Below the pieces are notes generated by a model. The model ran no database searches. It worked only from the letters and a program-made list of their open reading frames with translations, and had not been told where the DNA came from. Source: Hamiltosporidium tvaerminnensis FI-OER-3-3 (lineage: Eukaryota; Fungi; Microsporidia). From it: DNA of 64,000 bases. The translations under genes and the position numbers were made by a program. The stretch lies in assembly GCA_022605425.2 (NCBI GenBank), contig CM061255.1, positions 558,001 through 622,000 on the forward strand, given 5' to 3'. Numbering within the stretch: the first letter of the stretch is position 1; each line of letters opens with the position of its first letter. Positions 36,968-50,080 of this stretch are shown here, piece by piece.

Positions 36968-39167
36968 TAGGGCTAAGGGTATTGCCAAATAAAAATGTAA
37001 TTTATTTAATTACTATTCATGGCGAACATATTATTATATTTGTAGACCCTAGAATAATATTTTTTTAGAAAAAAAAGTAAATTAAAAATTATTTTAATTA
37101 ACAACAGTTGTAGAAATATAAATGAAATTAAAAATACCAAAAAAAAATATTTAAAATACAAATGAAATAATACAATTTTACAAAATTTGTGAAAAGCTAG
37201 TTGGGCTCAAAATACTAAAATTATTTTAAATACCAAATAAAACAATAAAATTTGTTATAAATTTTATTTCATTTGATACAAAAATAAATTTTTAAAAATT
37301 AAAGAAATGAATATTTTTTTTATAAATAAATCAAAAAAGGAAATCGATTTAAAAGTGGTGATTAATTTTTATTTTTTTTGAAATAATTCGAAAAAATGTA
37401 AAGCTAAAGATAAAAATTTTATTATTTTTTTTAAGATAAAAAGATAGAAAAATAATTTATAAGTTATAATCGATTAAAAAAATAGAAAAAAATCGTTTTT
37501 CGTGAATGTGTGACTTTAAAAACAAGAAAAATCGTTATTTTTTAATTTGGAAAAAAATAAATTAAAAAAAATCAATGATTTCAATTTCTATGATTTCATT
37601 ACAAAAATTTCTATTTTTTTCTGTAATTTAATACAAAATTGAACTGTTTAAAATAAGTAAAAGTTTTTATTCTAGCGAATATTGTATAGAATATTAATAG
37701 TAAAGGATTATTATGGTAATATAAATGAAAAAACGTAAATTTTTCTTAACTAATTGTTACTTATATAAAGAAAAATTTTTTTTTTTGAATAAATATAAAT
37801 TAAGAGAATTTTTGAAAGATATGACAGTGATTTAGAATTCTAAAGGAGAAATTTATGATTAAATAAGAACATATATTAGATAATTCTAGAAGGTGTCCAG
37901 ATATGAATAGAAGCAAAAAATTTAATTATAAAATTTCTATTTTTAACATCAACTACTATTCTTCTTAATCACATACAAAATTACATACGTGGACGATTTC
38001 TTGTGATAATTACGTAAAAGATGATGTAAAATCATTTTAAATTAAATATCAAAAAATTTGTCTTCGACTACTCATGTATCAGTAATGAAGTAAATAATGA
38101 AATTTATTGAAACCAAAATATATATACAATATCAAAATCATGACCAAAATTCATAAAAATGAGAAAATTATTGATTTTTTCATCAAAATATAAGTCTGAA
38201 TTAATAGTTTATAAACCCATTTTTTGTATATAATATATGTCATTTTGGGATTAAATACCCTTTTGTATTAATACACATGTTTTTATTCCATACTATAACA
38301 TCTAGATGCGCATACCTACATGAAATATAGATTTTAAAGTTCATTCTTGAAGTAAATCACTCAATGTTTTTATTTTTTATATTTGATTTCATAAAAGCTG
38401 ATATTAAAATTAGCATTTTATGATATTTATAGTGCAAGAAAAGTTAAAAAAAGCTTTGAACCATATTAAACACAGTTTCTAAATAATTTAAGATGTTTCT
38501 GAAATCTTAATTTTATAGATAAAAGCGTTAATATAGGATAGATTGAAAATAAAAAAACGGTATTAAGTAAAATTGAAAATATTTTACTTTTTAGGTTCGA
38601 AATTTTGTTACTTGAACATCGAAAGTTTTTGCATAAATTTGATGAACAGTATAATATTGGTTAAATCAACAATAACGTTAAAATAGATTTTAAAATATAT
38701 GATTTGAACAAAAAATTTCCTAAACAATATTGAAATAAAAATCCGAACCTTCAGCAACGCTACAGCCTGTTCTTGTAGTATTTGCAACATTTGAACAAAT
38801 TTAACTACTAATTATGTTTCACGAATTTTCTTACCCTAAAATGATAAATAGTTTGTTTGGAATTTTAATTCACTTGGTAATAAACATGAAATGTATTATT
38901 TTTTAAAATTAGCATGTATATGTTACGGCAATTCAAATAATTGGAGCTTTTGAGAAATTTTTTGATGATCTAAAATAATGTTTTACCGTGCCACGTAAAT
39001 ATAAATACATCCACAATTTCTCAAGTCATTTTAAAAATTTGTAGCGATTTAGCAATTTGCATCTGATATGATTGCCGCCGGTACAATCAGAAATTATTTT
39101 GGACATATATCTTATACTATCTGGATTTCAACGAGTTAATTATTGTCTTCAATAATTCTTTATTAAA

Positions 39168-40821
39168 TGTCACGGTCCTTAGTGCCTCCCATGTCGTTTG
39201 TGCTCCATTATTTCTAATGCAAATTTATATATTAATAACTCCCATTATTTATAATAGATATATGTTATTTATATTATATTCCTATCCTATATCTTCCGGA
39301 ATATTTCGTATTTACTCCACCTTCTATTGCTCCTATGATATTTCTATATTTATATAGTCGGATTATAGTCTTTGAAACTAAACGATTAACAGGCAATACA
39401 TATATAAAACTCCCAATGCAAAGTTTTACGGCTTCTATTGTTTTATATTATCGACTAAATAAATATTTTATAATGCAATAAGATGCTATGAGGAAACGAT
39501 TCCCCAGCAAATGACTCTTACCAATGAATAAATTTAGAAAAATACTATAATTTATTTATGATTGTTGTTTGTGCAGATCTTAGAAGATACGCTGATTAAA
39601 ATAATGGGATTATTGGACTTTAAGCATAATAGACACTTATACAAAGCATTTCTGTATTTTTAAGACGATCAACAAGACTTCATGGTCCGGAAGATTTATA
39701 TAAATTTCTATTATAATTTTGGTATTCTAGAGCGATTCAATCCGATAATGATGAAGAATTTCAAAATGAATTTCAGGAAACATACTTTTGCTCTTAAAAT
39801 TCAAATAATATATGGAAGACACATAATTCAAAGGCTCGGGGACAAATTGAACAGATGAATCAAAAATTAAATGATAGGTTGCAAAAAAAGTTAAAAGTTC
39901 CTGGTACAAAAAGATGGATCAGTTTTTATATTATGTTATATGAGCTTAGAATAGAAAAATACATAGTGCCTCAAGTCTATCATTAATTTCAACCTTTTAA
40001 TGGTAATTTGTATTTATAATCTTCTTTCAGGTAGTATAGTTGGCGATTAACTAAACGATGATTTAGTATTTGTCGACGAAATGAGTTCTGATGCATAACA
40101 GCAAGGAAACATGATCTAGTATATACACAGTAGAATTTAGAGATTGCCTCAGAGATATATAATGAAGTAAATGAGCCTTGAAATCTTGCTTCATCTTCAA
40201 CAACTACTGCTTCTAAAATTGATAAGAATTTGTAACTAATACGGAATATGTAAACATTCTGCGAAAATATTAAAAAAGAATCATACAAATATAATATTAA
40301 AATCAAACAATAAGAAATCTTCTTATTGGGGATAAAGTTTCGTTAAAAAAGATTTTGATACTAATACAAAGACAAAACGCGCTCTGTTTAATTTTTTTAT
40401 GATGATTCTGTTTTTACAGTAACAAATATTTTTATTAATAATATGGTAGAATTATAAAATGTTAATGCGGAAAAAAGAGCTGTTTAGAAAGTTGTAATAA
40501 AGCGAATTAAATTTTATTTTGTTTCTTTTTAATATGTGTTAGGTTAAAAATAAGAAATTTTAAGATAGAAGAAAATGGTTTTATTCTTAAAATTGATTAC
40601 GATAATATTTTTGGAGGGAAAAATAATTTTAAATTATGTAAACATTGATTTGCACTACCCCTGTTATATTTAGAAACAAAATACCTCATATTTTAATCTG
40701 GGGACGTTAAAGATCAATGAATAGAGAATATGGGATTATAAATATATTGAAAATAAAAGGGGGGGGGCGTATTAGAAATAACGGGGCACTAAGGACATGG
40801 GGGAAATTATGTACCGCAACA
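39168..40821 (+). mobile_element. Degenerate Ginger-like (integrase-type) DNA transposon
   Basis: Imperfect ~50-bp TIRs (TGTCACGG...CCCATGTC...TTATTTCTAAT), TGT...ACA ends, 4-bp TSD TAAA (39164-39167 / 40822-40825). Internal AIQSDNDEEF and NSKARGQIEQMNQ are homologous to the integrase at 52203-52703. Confidence 0.8.
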
Positions 40822-42749
40822 TAAAATCTAAAGAAATATTTCCAAGCCGGTAACTTACAAATTTTCTCGAGAAAGCTCGGTTGCAGTGAAAGCTCTCTAC
40901 TTTTGAAATCCTAACCTCAAGAAAATCTTATGGTATTTATTTTTAACTTTAGCTGTATAAGAAATCTTTGGGAGCTATGTTTAACCAAAATTGTTTTTAA
41001 ATTTCGATAAAAAAATCCGATGTATGAAAATAAAAAATAATTCAAACTAAAAATCGTATATTTATTTTATTCAGAGGACGATTATATTATGAGTTATTTG
41101 TGCATTTTTAATCCGTGTATATGTAAATCGCCATAAACTTCGAAATGACTCTAAAACGTTTAATAAATCATGATATATTCGAGCCTTATGAATATTCAAG
41201 TCTATTTTCCTAGATATGCTTTCGCCCATGTTTCTTTAGCATAATAAGATTTCGAGGCTATTAGTTAGTTTCCTAACTTGAGTGCCGCATGACTTGAAGA
41301 TATCTATAATTTACATATTATAAATAACCTTTATATAAATATGTTTGTGATGTTCTAGAGTTCATGTTGACAGAAACGCTTTCTGCCGAATATTTCATTG
41401 TGTCCTAGTTATATGATGCTTGGAGGTAAACCATGATAATGCCCAGATCGAATGCCAATTAACTGTATGTCAAACTTGTGCAATATCATCCTAAAATGTG
41501 TGAATAAAGCCGTTTGTCTTGGGATTGAAGTCAGGAGTTAATTTCAGAGCATTGCTTAAAAGTGCGATAGTAGTGTTCAAGCAGAAAAAAACGAACCTTA
41601 TTTTCTTGTTCTCGATAAAGAGAATGGAATTTATATAAATGAGGCATAGAAAATCATCGTTTTTTTACAGATTGACTATTTTAATAAATTAAATAGGTAT
41701 TAGTATAAAACTAAATTGTTTCTTGATTTATTTTTATGGCTGATATAAATAGAAAAATTGTGCCTTAAAAACGAGAATATATAAGAGAATAAAGCCACAT
41801 CAAACCCATTTACACATTAATATCTAAGTGATATTGGTGCAAAAACCATCATTTGAATTTTTTCTGAGATAAATTCCATTATATTTCCGGCTATTTTGTA
41901 GAAATATTTAAGAGAGTGGGTTTACAAAATGGGATATATTATTTTACAACCCACTTTGCATTTATTTATATTTATAAATTGGAAATAAAGCTTAAACTCG
42001 TAGGTAAATTTCGCACAAATCATAAAAAATAGCATTTATTTGCTCGTGTTAGCGAGCTTAGTGAGTAAAATACCAAAATAAAATACCTTTTAATTAAATA
42101 AGAGAGGCAAGGTACATATTTTATCTTTATATATGACAATGAAATTACAGGGAAGCCTAATTCAAACTTCCGCGATATATCTATGCTCGAAGTCTTTTTT
42201 AATTAAGGAACATAGAGAATACTGGAAGTATGCAAGTCTTTTTTTTTGGGGGGGGGGAGGGGCAGTAAAATCGGTATCGGTCTGTGATTACACATCAGCA
42301 ATGACCATCACCACACTTTAATCAACTGCTCTACTCCCCAAAAATTGTTCACACTCTTCTGGATGAAAAGCTTTTTGATGTATGAATCACATGGGATACT
42401 TACGAAGGTCAAGAGGTAGTTTTCTATGTTAAAAATAGAACTATATTTGTGAAAACAGTATAATATATGTGTGTTTTAACTAGATTTAATGGGTTTAAAA
42501 TAAAGTTAAAAAAATATAGACATATCGAGTCATAAATAAGACATATAATATTTTTGAAATTTAAATATCATAATTGGGCTTACTTCTAATATAAAAATAA
42601 GAAACTTAAAATTTTTAAATTTAATAAATCTCAATCTTGTTTCAAAAAAGTCTACAATATGTAAGAATGGATAGAAATTTTTAATTATAAAACACCTTTT
42701 AATTATAATTAGACTTGCAATAATTGTGAACCAGATGAATAAATATCGC

Positions 42750-43388
42750 TTAAATTTGATTCGAATTACGAATAATTGCTTCTTTTGCTGAATTATAATA
42801 CATCTGACACTCTTTATCAAATAATTCTTGACTTTTTTGATTTTTAAATTTATCTGTGAAAACAGCAATAAACCTATCACCATGTTCTTTAAGGTATTTT
42901 ATTAATATGACAATTCTTGATAGATAGAATCCCGCTTCATCATTTCCTATTTTAATATTTTCACTTAAATTGTACAAAACAAATTCCTCAAATTCCTCAA
43001 TATTAACGATATGATTATTCATTATATCAGAAAATTCACTCATTGCTTGCATATTAAGCAATTTCATGAGTAAATCCTCTGGTTCTATCTCTTGTTTCTG
43101 TTTGGTACCAAACGAAAAAACATTATCAGAAACATCTCTAATTCTTGGTTGTATTTCTTCATTTAATTTATTTCTTTCTTCTAAAAATTCTTGTTTTTTG
43201 GTATTTGAAAGTTCTGTTGATATCATTTGATCTAATTCAATTATTCTTTTACGCTTTTCTTCTTTCTTTTGTTCTCGCAATGCTTTCATATATCTATGAT
43301 AACTCTTTTTATCTATATTGGGATGTACTTCTTCATTTGAATCACTACTTAATTGAATATCGTTAATCTTGGAATAATCAATTACCAT
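42750..43388 (-). CDS. CDC37: Hsp90 co-chaperone Cdc37 (shortened)
   Basis: N-terminal MVIDYSK.NDIQLSSDS.EEVHPNIDKKS is the Cdc37 signature; CCC motif upstream (ACCCATACGATG). Confidence 0.88.
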   Translation of the reverse strand: MVIDYSKINDIQLSSDSNEEVHPNIDKKSYHRYMKALREQKKEEKRKRIIELDQMISTELSNTKKQEFLEERNKLNEEIQPRIRDVSDNVFSFGTKQKQEIEPEDLLMKLLNMQAMSEFSDIMNNHIVNIEEFEEFVLYNLSENIKIGNDEAGFYLSRIVILIKYLKEHGDRFIAVFTDKFKNQKSQELFDKECQMYYNSAKEAIIRNSNQI

Positions 43389-43504
43389 CGTATGGGTTAA
43401 TAGATAGAAAAATATAAATTTTTACAAGAAGCCAATGAGTTTTTAAATTTGGAACGAAAATTATTTTTTTCAAAAATATGAAGAATAAAAAGTTTTGAAG
43501 ATAA

Positions 43505-43652
43505 TTATGATTTAAAAGATAATTTATAAGTTGAAGACTGCTTATCATATAAAAAAACCATCATTTAATAGTACTTATGATTTAAAAGATAATTTATAAG
43601 TTGAAGACTGCTTATCATATAAAAAAACTTCATTTAATAATACTTATGATTT
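43505..43652. repeat. Tandem duplication, ~70-bp unit x2
   Basis: TTATGATTTAAAAGATAATTTATAAGTTGAAGACTGCTTATCATATAAAAAAAC at 43505 and 43575, with a third unit start near 43644. Confidence 0.92.
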
Positions 43653-43923
43653 GAACAATTTTTTGGCAATACACTTTGTCTTAATGGAATTTTTGATATA
43701 AAGAAGTAAATGAACGGAAACAAAATGTAAAATTTCTCACATAAAATAATTTTTTATTTTATTTTCTAAGCATTATATTGCATTTTCTGCAGCCTGTAAT
43801 CTTTCATTCTGGTAGTAAATTATTTCTATTACAACAATAAATAAATTGATCTTAGTATTTTTTTGTATGTAATCTTATTACCATCTGCCACTTTCATAAT
43901 TCAATATCATGATACCCCTGTAT

Positions 43924-44241
43924 ATGTCGGTTGAATCAGATAAATTAGTTGAGGCGCTTAGATGTCTTAAACTAGATCTTTTGGATAAAAAATATAAATA
44001 CAAAAAAATACTAAAATCAATTTATTTATTGTCTAATCACAAATTTAAAAATAAAAATACGGAAGAATATTCTCCTAAGAATTTAAAGAGTAATGAAAAA
44101 TTCAAGTTTTACCGAGAAATAAACGGTGTGCTTGTTTCTTCTGACTGCTATGATATTGTATCGTATTGTAAAAATAGAATCAAAGAAATGGATAATGAAC
44201 TATTAAAAGTTGATGAATTGGGTGTAAGTTTGCAAAAATAA
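43924..44241 (+). CDS. Prefoldin beta-type subunit-like (PFD2/Gim4-like)
   Basis: About 105 aa; two coiled-coil helices around KFYREINGVLV (prefoldin beta hairpin, cf. CFRMIGGVLV); CCCC motif before the ATG at 43924. Confidence 0.5.
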   Translation: MSVESDKLVEALRCLKLDLLDKKYKYKKILKSIYLLSNHKFKNKNTEEYSPKNLKSNEKFKFYREINGVLVSSDCYDIVSYCKNRIKEMDNELLKVDELGVSLQK

Positions 44242-44726
44242 TATTTATAAATCTACTTTGTCTGTCAAAACATTTTAAATTTCTTTAGATGTGGTTGTTT
44301 ATTATTTTTTTATTTCGTTTTTTTCATAACTTAATAGAATATATTCATTTCTTGAACGGAGAGACATAATTTAGAAGATATTACATAAGAAAATATTTGT
44401 AATAATTTCTTTTGTGCGGCGAAAGGAACTTGAGTCAAGCCTCAAAGTCGAATATAGCTGGGAATGTGTGTCATTAAAAGTGATGAAATGCCTGAGGAAT
44501 CAGTACCTCCTTAAGATAATCTAGTAATGAGAAGTAAAATGTTAAACAAGGAAATATAAAAGAAACAATTTTTAATTTTATGAGCTCAATCGTTTTTTTG
44601 ACACCAAAATAGCAAAAACGAGGGTTCAAATTTCTTTGATTATTTGTTGGAGGAAAATATTTAAAAAATTGAAAATCTTTTTCAGAAGGTAGTTAAATAA
44701 AATAAAAACATATTGTTTGTTAAAGT

Positions 44727-45626
44727 TCTGGGGAGCAGATGGTGTGTGTCAACATTTCGGGAAGTCTGGTAAGACTGTAGATCATCTAGCAAATAGATGT
44801 GAAAAAATGCTAGGCCATGATTACACTAGACGGCATAATGAAGTGGTTAGATGCCTACACCTTCTCCTTCTAAATAGATATAAGTTTAAGTCTTCAAAAC
44901 GAATAAGGAGCCACTCAGTTCAAGAAATTCTTGATAATGAGTATGCAGAGATAAGAGTGGACACCAGAATTAAAACTGATGTTAAAATTCGGAATAACAG
45001 ACCGGACATATAAATTTTAGATAAGAAGAAGAATAAGATAACACTCATTGAAGTAGGAATCACTTCCCAAGATTCACTTCAAATAGTTGAAACTGAAAAA
45101 CTTAGGAAGTATGACCTGCTAGCCAATGACTTAGGTCTTATTTATAAGTGTAGTGTTGAGATAATTCCTATGTGATGACCTGGGACGGTATTGTGACAAA
45201 ATACCATAAATCTCATCTTAAAAGACTAGAAATACCCACGAATGTAGAGGCATACATTCAGTCTATAGTATTTAAGAAAACAGTCGAAACAATTTCCTTT
45301 GATCGACGAAGAGGACTTGAGTCAGGACTAAATGCCGAAGAGAGCTGGGAGAGAGCGTCAATGGGTGTTATTATGAGATCAGAGATGCATAAGGAACCAA
45401 TACCCCCTTTAAAAGAAGCGAAAACAGAGGAAGATGGTGCCAAAAATTTTAAACCAAAATATAAAGCCCCCTTTATTTTACAAGGAGGAACCACTTTAGA
45501 GGAACCGACCAATAACATAAATGAAGAGTCGGATTTGGAAGAAGAGACAAAAGTGGTTAAAGAGGTAGAAGAAAACATGTAAAAATGTTAAAAAATATTT
45601 TAACCCAGAATTTTATTAAATAAAAA
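44727..45626 (+). mobile_element. 5'-truncated RLE non-LTR retrotransposon, subfamily A
   Basis: Near-identical to the 3' 0.9 kb of the 20548-24350 element; in-frame stop at 45011-45013; 15-bp TSD ATTGTTTGTTAAAGT at 44712-44726 and 45627-45641. Confidence 0.95.
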
Positions 45627-46148
45627 ATTGTTTGTTAAAGTGTTATTTATTTCGTCATTTTTACTTTCTTCAATAAACCTTTTAACCCCGGCCTGATCTG
45701 CAATATTTTTCCAACTTCTCCGCTTTTATTGAATCTCTCTTATAAATAAATGCTTCGTCTTATTGCTAGGTAGATGCATTCTTTCGGTATAAATTTAAGC
45801 ATTCAGTCATTTTGGTATTTGCTTGCTTAAAACATGCTTTATGTTCAGCTATGCGTATACCAAGAGCGTGGGTGGGTTTGACTTTTCATTTTACTTATAA
45901 TTTTCTTTAAGTATTTTTTTGAAAACTTTTTTGTAAATAAAAATAATATTTAAATTAAAAAAATCACAGACACACATTTAAAGCAAATTAAAATATCACA
46001 TTATAGAAAAAAAAAATAAATTTAATAAAAATTTTGGTTAAAAGAGGAAAATTTTTAGGTGAAATTTATTTTTTTATACCAATTTTAATCAAAAAACAAC
46101 CAATTAGCTTCAAATTGAATATAAATTATAAAAAAAATTTGTAAAACC

Positions 46149-46397
46149 ATGTTTTTTTTAAAAATTTTTCTTATAATGATGTTTATATCTTTGAGTAGTT
46201 CATCTGATGAAAATGAACTTGAGAATACCGCTGGAAAATGTAACAAAAAAGAAAACTCTGTTATTTCTGAAAACCGTAGAAATACACCACCTGTATCGCG
46301 ACAATCTTTATTTATTGATTTAAAATCAGTTCGTAAACAACCGAAAATGCGAGAAATTGATGTTCTGGAGTATAATGAAGAAAAAAAAGAGAAATAA
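46149..46397 (+). CDS. Small putative secreted protein (82 aa), possibly a truncated gene
   Basis: Signal-peptide-like MFFLKIFLIMMFISLSSS followed by a charged tail; the stop follows an A-run; no recognised homology. Confidence 0.45.
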   Translation: MFFLKIFLIMMFISLSSSSDENELENTAGKCNKKENSVISENRRNTPPVSRQSLFIDLKSVRKQPKMREIDVLEYNEEKKEK

Positions 46398-47739
46398 TTT
46401 TCTATAATTTTAAAATAAAAGAATTTCTGTGCTTTATATATAATTTTCTTCTATACTTAATTTTTAAAACAAATCCAATGAAAATATTTAGTTAGAATCG
46501 TTGAGATTATTCATTCAATTGCTTTTTTTATATAATATGAATCATTAAAAAATTATTTTTAACATTAAATATTATAATCAGATTTAAAAATGACGTTACG
46601 ATAGAAGCCACCGACAAGTAACGTTAAAAAAGCATTGGTTTTAGAACAGGAAGATAGAGATTATATTAAATTTAAATCATTTAAAAGAGAGGAATGTATT
46701 TAAAACCTAGATTTTATTAAAAAATCTGATCATAAAAAATAATTTCAAAAAAATTAAAATTCTTAATAATAAGATTTTTTTGGTTATAAATCTGTGATTT
46801 TATAAAGTATCTTAAAGAAAAAAACTTTGTTCGCTCAACGAAACAGTTTTTTGCTACATTCAGGATGAAAAGGCATTTTTGATAAACAGAAGGATTAAGT
46901 TTGTACCATAATCAAATGGATAAAACCTTAGAATACCTTGCAGTTCAACTTAAAGCAAATACATAGATAAACTACACCTGATACCCGTAAAGTAGTTTGA
47001 TTAACATTTCATTCTTTTAGGTAAACAAAAATTCAAGTTTAAGAAAGAAGTTGGAGTCCCTTTATTAAAAACCCTCTAAACTTACTACATGAAAATAAGA
47101 TTAGACATCAGTATTTGATCAATAATTATAATAATGGATCCAAAATATATTTTTTAATTAAAAATACAATAAGATAACAGATATTTAAATCAAAATTACT
47201 TTTCAGAAAACATGTCAGATTTTTCATAAATTACACCATTCAAATAAAAATAGCTGAATTTATAGTCATTCTTATAATTTTACGTGTGAATTGGTTTATA
47301 TGTGATTAGTGAGATGGTATTGCAACAAAATACTATAAAATGAATCTTAAAAAGCCACTGGTAAAAGTAAAAATAAGTTATGGATTCAATCTTTATTCAT
47401 AAATAGAAATTTGAAACTGTTTGTTTTAATTGACAAGAGTAATGGTTTCAAGACGGAAAGCCAGTGATTGATGCAAAAAATCTTACAGATTCAAAAAATA
47501 GATCTAACCACCTCAATTTCTCTCAATTGGCAGTATAATAATCAGTAAAGAAAAAATTATTTATTAAATAAATTGAAATTTATTTAACTCGAATCTAAAG
47601 ATAAAAAATTGAACTTAAGGTATTGACTTGAAATAACGGAAATAAATAGAAAAAAATAATATTATAATATTTTATTGAGAAATATAAATTGTACTTATTT
47701 TTTAAAAATTTAATGGAATAATTTAATAGAGTAAATATT

Positions 47740-48996
47740 TTAAAGTTCGCCTTCTTCTTTTTCTAATTCATTATTTCTTCGTATAAAATACGTTTGTATT
47801 GCTTTTAAGTCAATAGAATTTAAATTTACAGGTTCATTACAACCTAATTTATTCTCATATTCTTTCAATCTATTATTAATAGTTTGAATAAATTCAAAAA
47901 ATAAAACTTTGACAGGAAATCCACTGTATTTTAGCATTCTAATAAATATTGATTTTTCTTTTATTAAAACGATAAATTCTTTAAATTTCATCTTATAAAA
48001 TATCATTCCTGATTTGTACATATCATTTAACATTTCTTTATATTCATGATATAAACTTTGAGTTAAGTTGTTATCATAACTTAATAGATTGGCATCCGAA
48101 CTATTTATTGATTCTTTATTATTTTTACAATTATTTTTAATATCAATATACATATTTTTATAGATTAATTTGAAAGATTCTAATATTTTAAATTTTTCGT
48201 ATTTTTGTAGATCAAAATCATTTTTAATGTCGTTATAAGATAGTTCGGGATTTATTTCATATTTAGATTTGATTATTTCACAGATTTCTTTTAAATCATC
48301 GGGATCAAAAGGAGAAATAATATTATTTTTGCTTAAATTTGTATTTTTTTCTAAATTGAATTTTTCAAAATATTTTGTTCGTTCTTCTAAATATAAATCG
48401 TATATTCTTTTTTTCTGAATATTACAATCGATAGAATTGAAAATATTGTTGTTCTTAAGGATTTTTATACATTCATTCCATTCACACTGCAAATCATTTT
48501 GGTATAAAATTTTTTTAAATAAATTTTCAAAAAGATTCATATTTTTAATTTTATAAGGTAACCCTGGAGATTTCAAAGGAGGAATGTATGTGTCAAAGGT
48601 TGAATTAGTTATTTTGAAATTATTATTTTCTGTTTTATGTTCATTAAAAAAATAATTTTTATTTTTTTCAGAATTAATTGTATAAAAATGCCTACCAGCT
48701 TTTTCATGAATTTTAAAATTTTTACAAATATTTTTATTAAATTTTTGATTTATTTCTATAATATCTTCTTTAAGTAAATAACCAAGTCTTTCAATAAAAA
48801 TAGATGCTTTATAACTTAAAATATTATTTTTATAAAATTCTAAACACTCTTCTTTACAATTCTCTATATTATAACACGGTGTAAGATCATCTATACTGAA
48901 TATAAATGGTTTTTTATTACAAATAAAATATTTATTATTAATATTTATCTTTTCAGTTTCATTTGATTCTTCTTCGTAATTATCTTCATCATGCAT
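47740..48996 (-). CDS. PRP40: Pre-mRNA splicing factor Prp40-like (U1 snRNP, FF domains)
   Basis: FF-like repeats (LFENLF...EWNECIKIL...KKRIYDLY; YKEMLNDMYKSGMI...FKEFIVLIK...MLKYSG.PVKVLFFEFI); degenerate WW-like GRHFYTIN; C-terminal EEGEL. Confidence 0.68.
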   Translation of the reverse strand: MHDEDNYEEESNETEKININNKYFICNKKPFIFSIDDLTPCYNIENCKEECLEFYKNNILSYKASIFIERLGYLLKEDIIEINQKFNKNICKNFKIHEKAGRHFYTINSEKNKNYFFNEHKTENNNFKITNSTFDTYIPPLKSPGLPYKIKNMNLFENLFKKILYQNDLQCEWNECIKILKNNNIFNSIDCNIQKKRIYDLYLEERTKYFEKFNLEKNTNLSKNNIISPFDPDDLKEICEIIKSKYEINPELSYNDIKNDFDLQKYEKFKILESFKLIYKNMYIDIKNNCKNNKESINSSDANLLSYDNNLTQSLYHEYKEMLNDMYKSGMIFYKMKFKEFIVLIKEKSIFIRMLKYSGFPVKVLFFEFIQTINNRLKEYENKLGCNEPVNLNSIDLKAIQTYFIRRNNELEKEEGEL

Positions 48997-49092
48997 GCAT
49001 GGATTTTAAAATATAATTTTTAAAAAAATAAAACAAAAGAATAAAATGAAAAAGAAGATTTAAATGAAAAATTATTATTTTTTTATTTTTTT

Positions 49093-49296
49093 TTAATATC
49101 TTCCTCTCTTATGTTCACGCTCACAATCAAGTAAAGTAATGATATCTCCGACTCTAACTGGTCCCATAATAGCTCGGTGTAAACTTCTTCCGGTATCCAA
49201 AAGCTTAAGATGACATAACGTAAGTGCACCACCTGGGCCTGATCTACTGAATAGTTGTTGAACTTCTGCATGATATTCTTTGATTTGTGTGTCCAT
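49093..49296 (-). CDS. RPS28: 40S ribosomal protein S28 (eS28)
   Basis: SRSGPGG...RSLHRAIMGPVRVGDIITLLDCEREHKR matches eS28; CCC motif upstream; no intron. Confidence 0.95.
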   Translation of the reverse strand: MDTQIKEYHAEVQQLFSRSGPGGALTLCHLKLLDTGRSLHRAIMGPVRVGDIITLLDCEREHKRGRY

Positions 49297-49310
49297 TAAA
49301 AGGGTGATTA
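49297..49310 (-). promoter_or_regulatory. Microsporidian-type CCC motif upstream of start codon (representative example)
   Basis: CACCCTTTTAATG before RPS28. CCC also lies within ~10 nt of the ATG of NSE2, PCC1, the 29491 gene, IRE1, CDC37 and the prefoldin-like gene. Confidence 0.7.
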
Positions 49311-49454
49311 TTTCAAATGTAAAATAAAAAAAAAGAGAATTTATTTTGTGGAAATAAAAAATTGGTTTTTTAAGAAATCTTTAAATAAGAACCCCTATTT
49401 AAGTTTTTTAAAAAAAAATAAAAAAATCAATTTTTTCATTTAAACTAGAAAATT

Positions 49455-50080
49455 GATGGTAGAGGGAAGTAAATCACATTTAAAACTATTTGCTTGGTAA
49501 GGATTATTACCAATTTGCGTGAAAGTATTTTTAATGTTTGTTTGGTGGAATAAAAATACACTTCATTTTCGGTTGTTCCCTTGGTTTTGTATATTTAAGG
49601 GATGATCTGAAAAACCTGTGGCGATTCTAAAATAAACTCATTTTGTAGTCTTTAATGTAACTATATTAGAAACCATGATTTAACTTGTACGTAATTTCAG
49701 TCAAAAACATCGAAACCCGGATTTTTTTATTATTTTTAAAGTTTTTGCCCCTGGAGATACAAAAATACAGACCGTTTAAACAACCAGGAATACTATATTT
49801 TTGTTATACTAGCTATATGTTATTAGGACGTCTAAAATGACTCCATATAAGTCGCCGAGATATATATTGCCTTGAAGTGTATTATTTTGTAAAGTATGGA
49901 GTGATTGGGAATACTGTATGTCATGAGAGAAAGCAAAATAAGTTTCTATATGTAATCAGTGTCCTAAGTAATGAGCATAGACTAACCCCGGGCTACTTTC
50001 TGCTCATTAATTTGGTTTTACTTTTATTTTTGATTAAAATATTCGGGCTGTTGGTATCTTAAGGGATATAGATGAAGGTC
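49455..50080. repeat. Unclassified ~630-bp repeat, copy 3
   Basis: GATGGTAGAGGGAAG...TTCGGTTGTTCC...CCCCGGGCTAC...GGTATCTTAAGGG is colinear with copies 1 and 2. Confidence 0.7.

Noticed and set aside
44410-44525. GC-richer patch with TGATGA and CTGA (C/D snoRNA-like boxes)
   Set aside because: The boxes are only a few nucleotides apart, with no terminal stem or guide; an Infernal/Rfam search would be needed.
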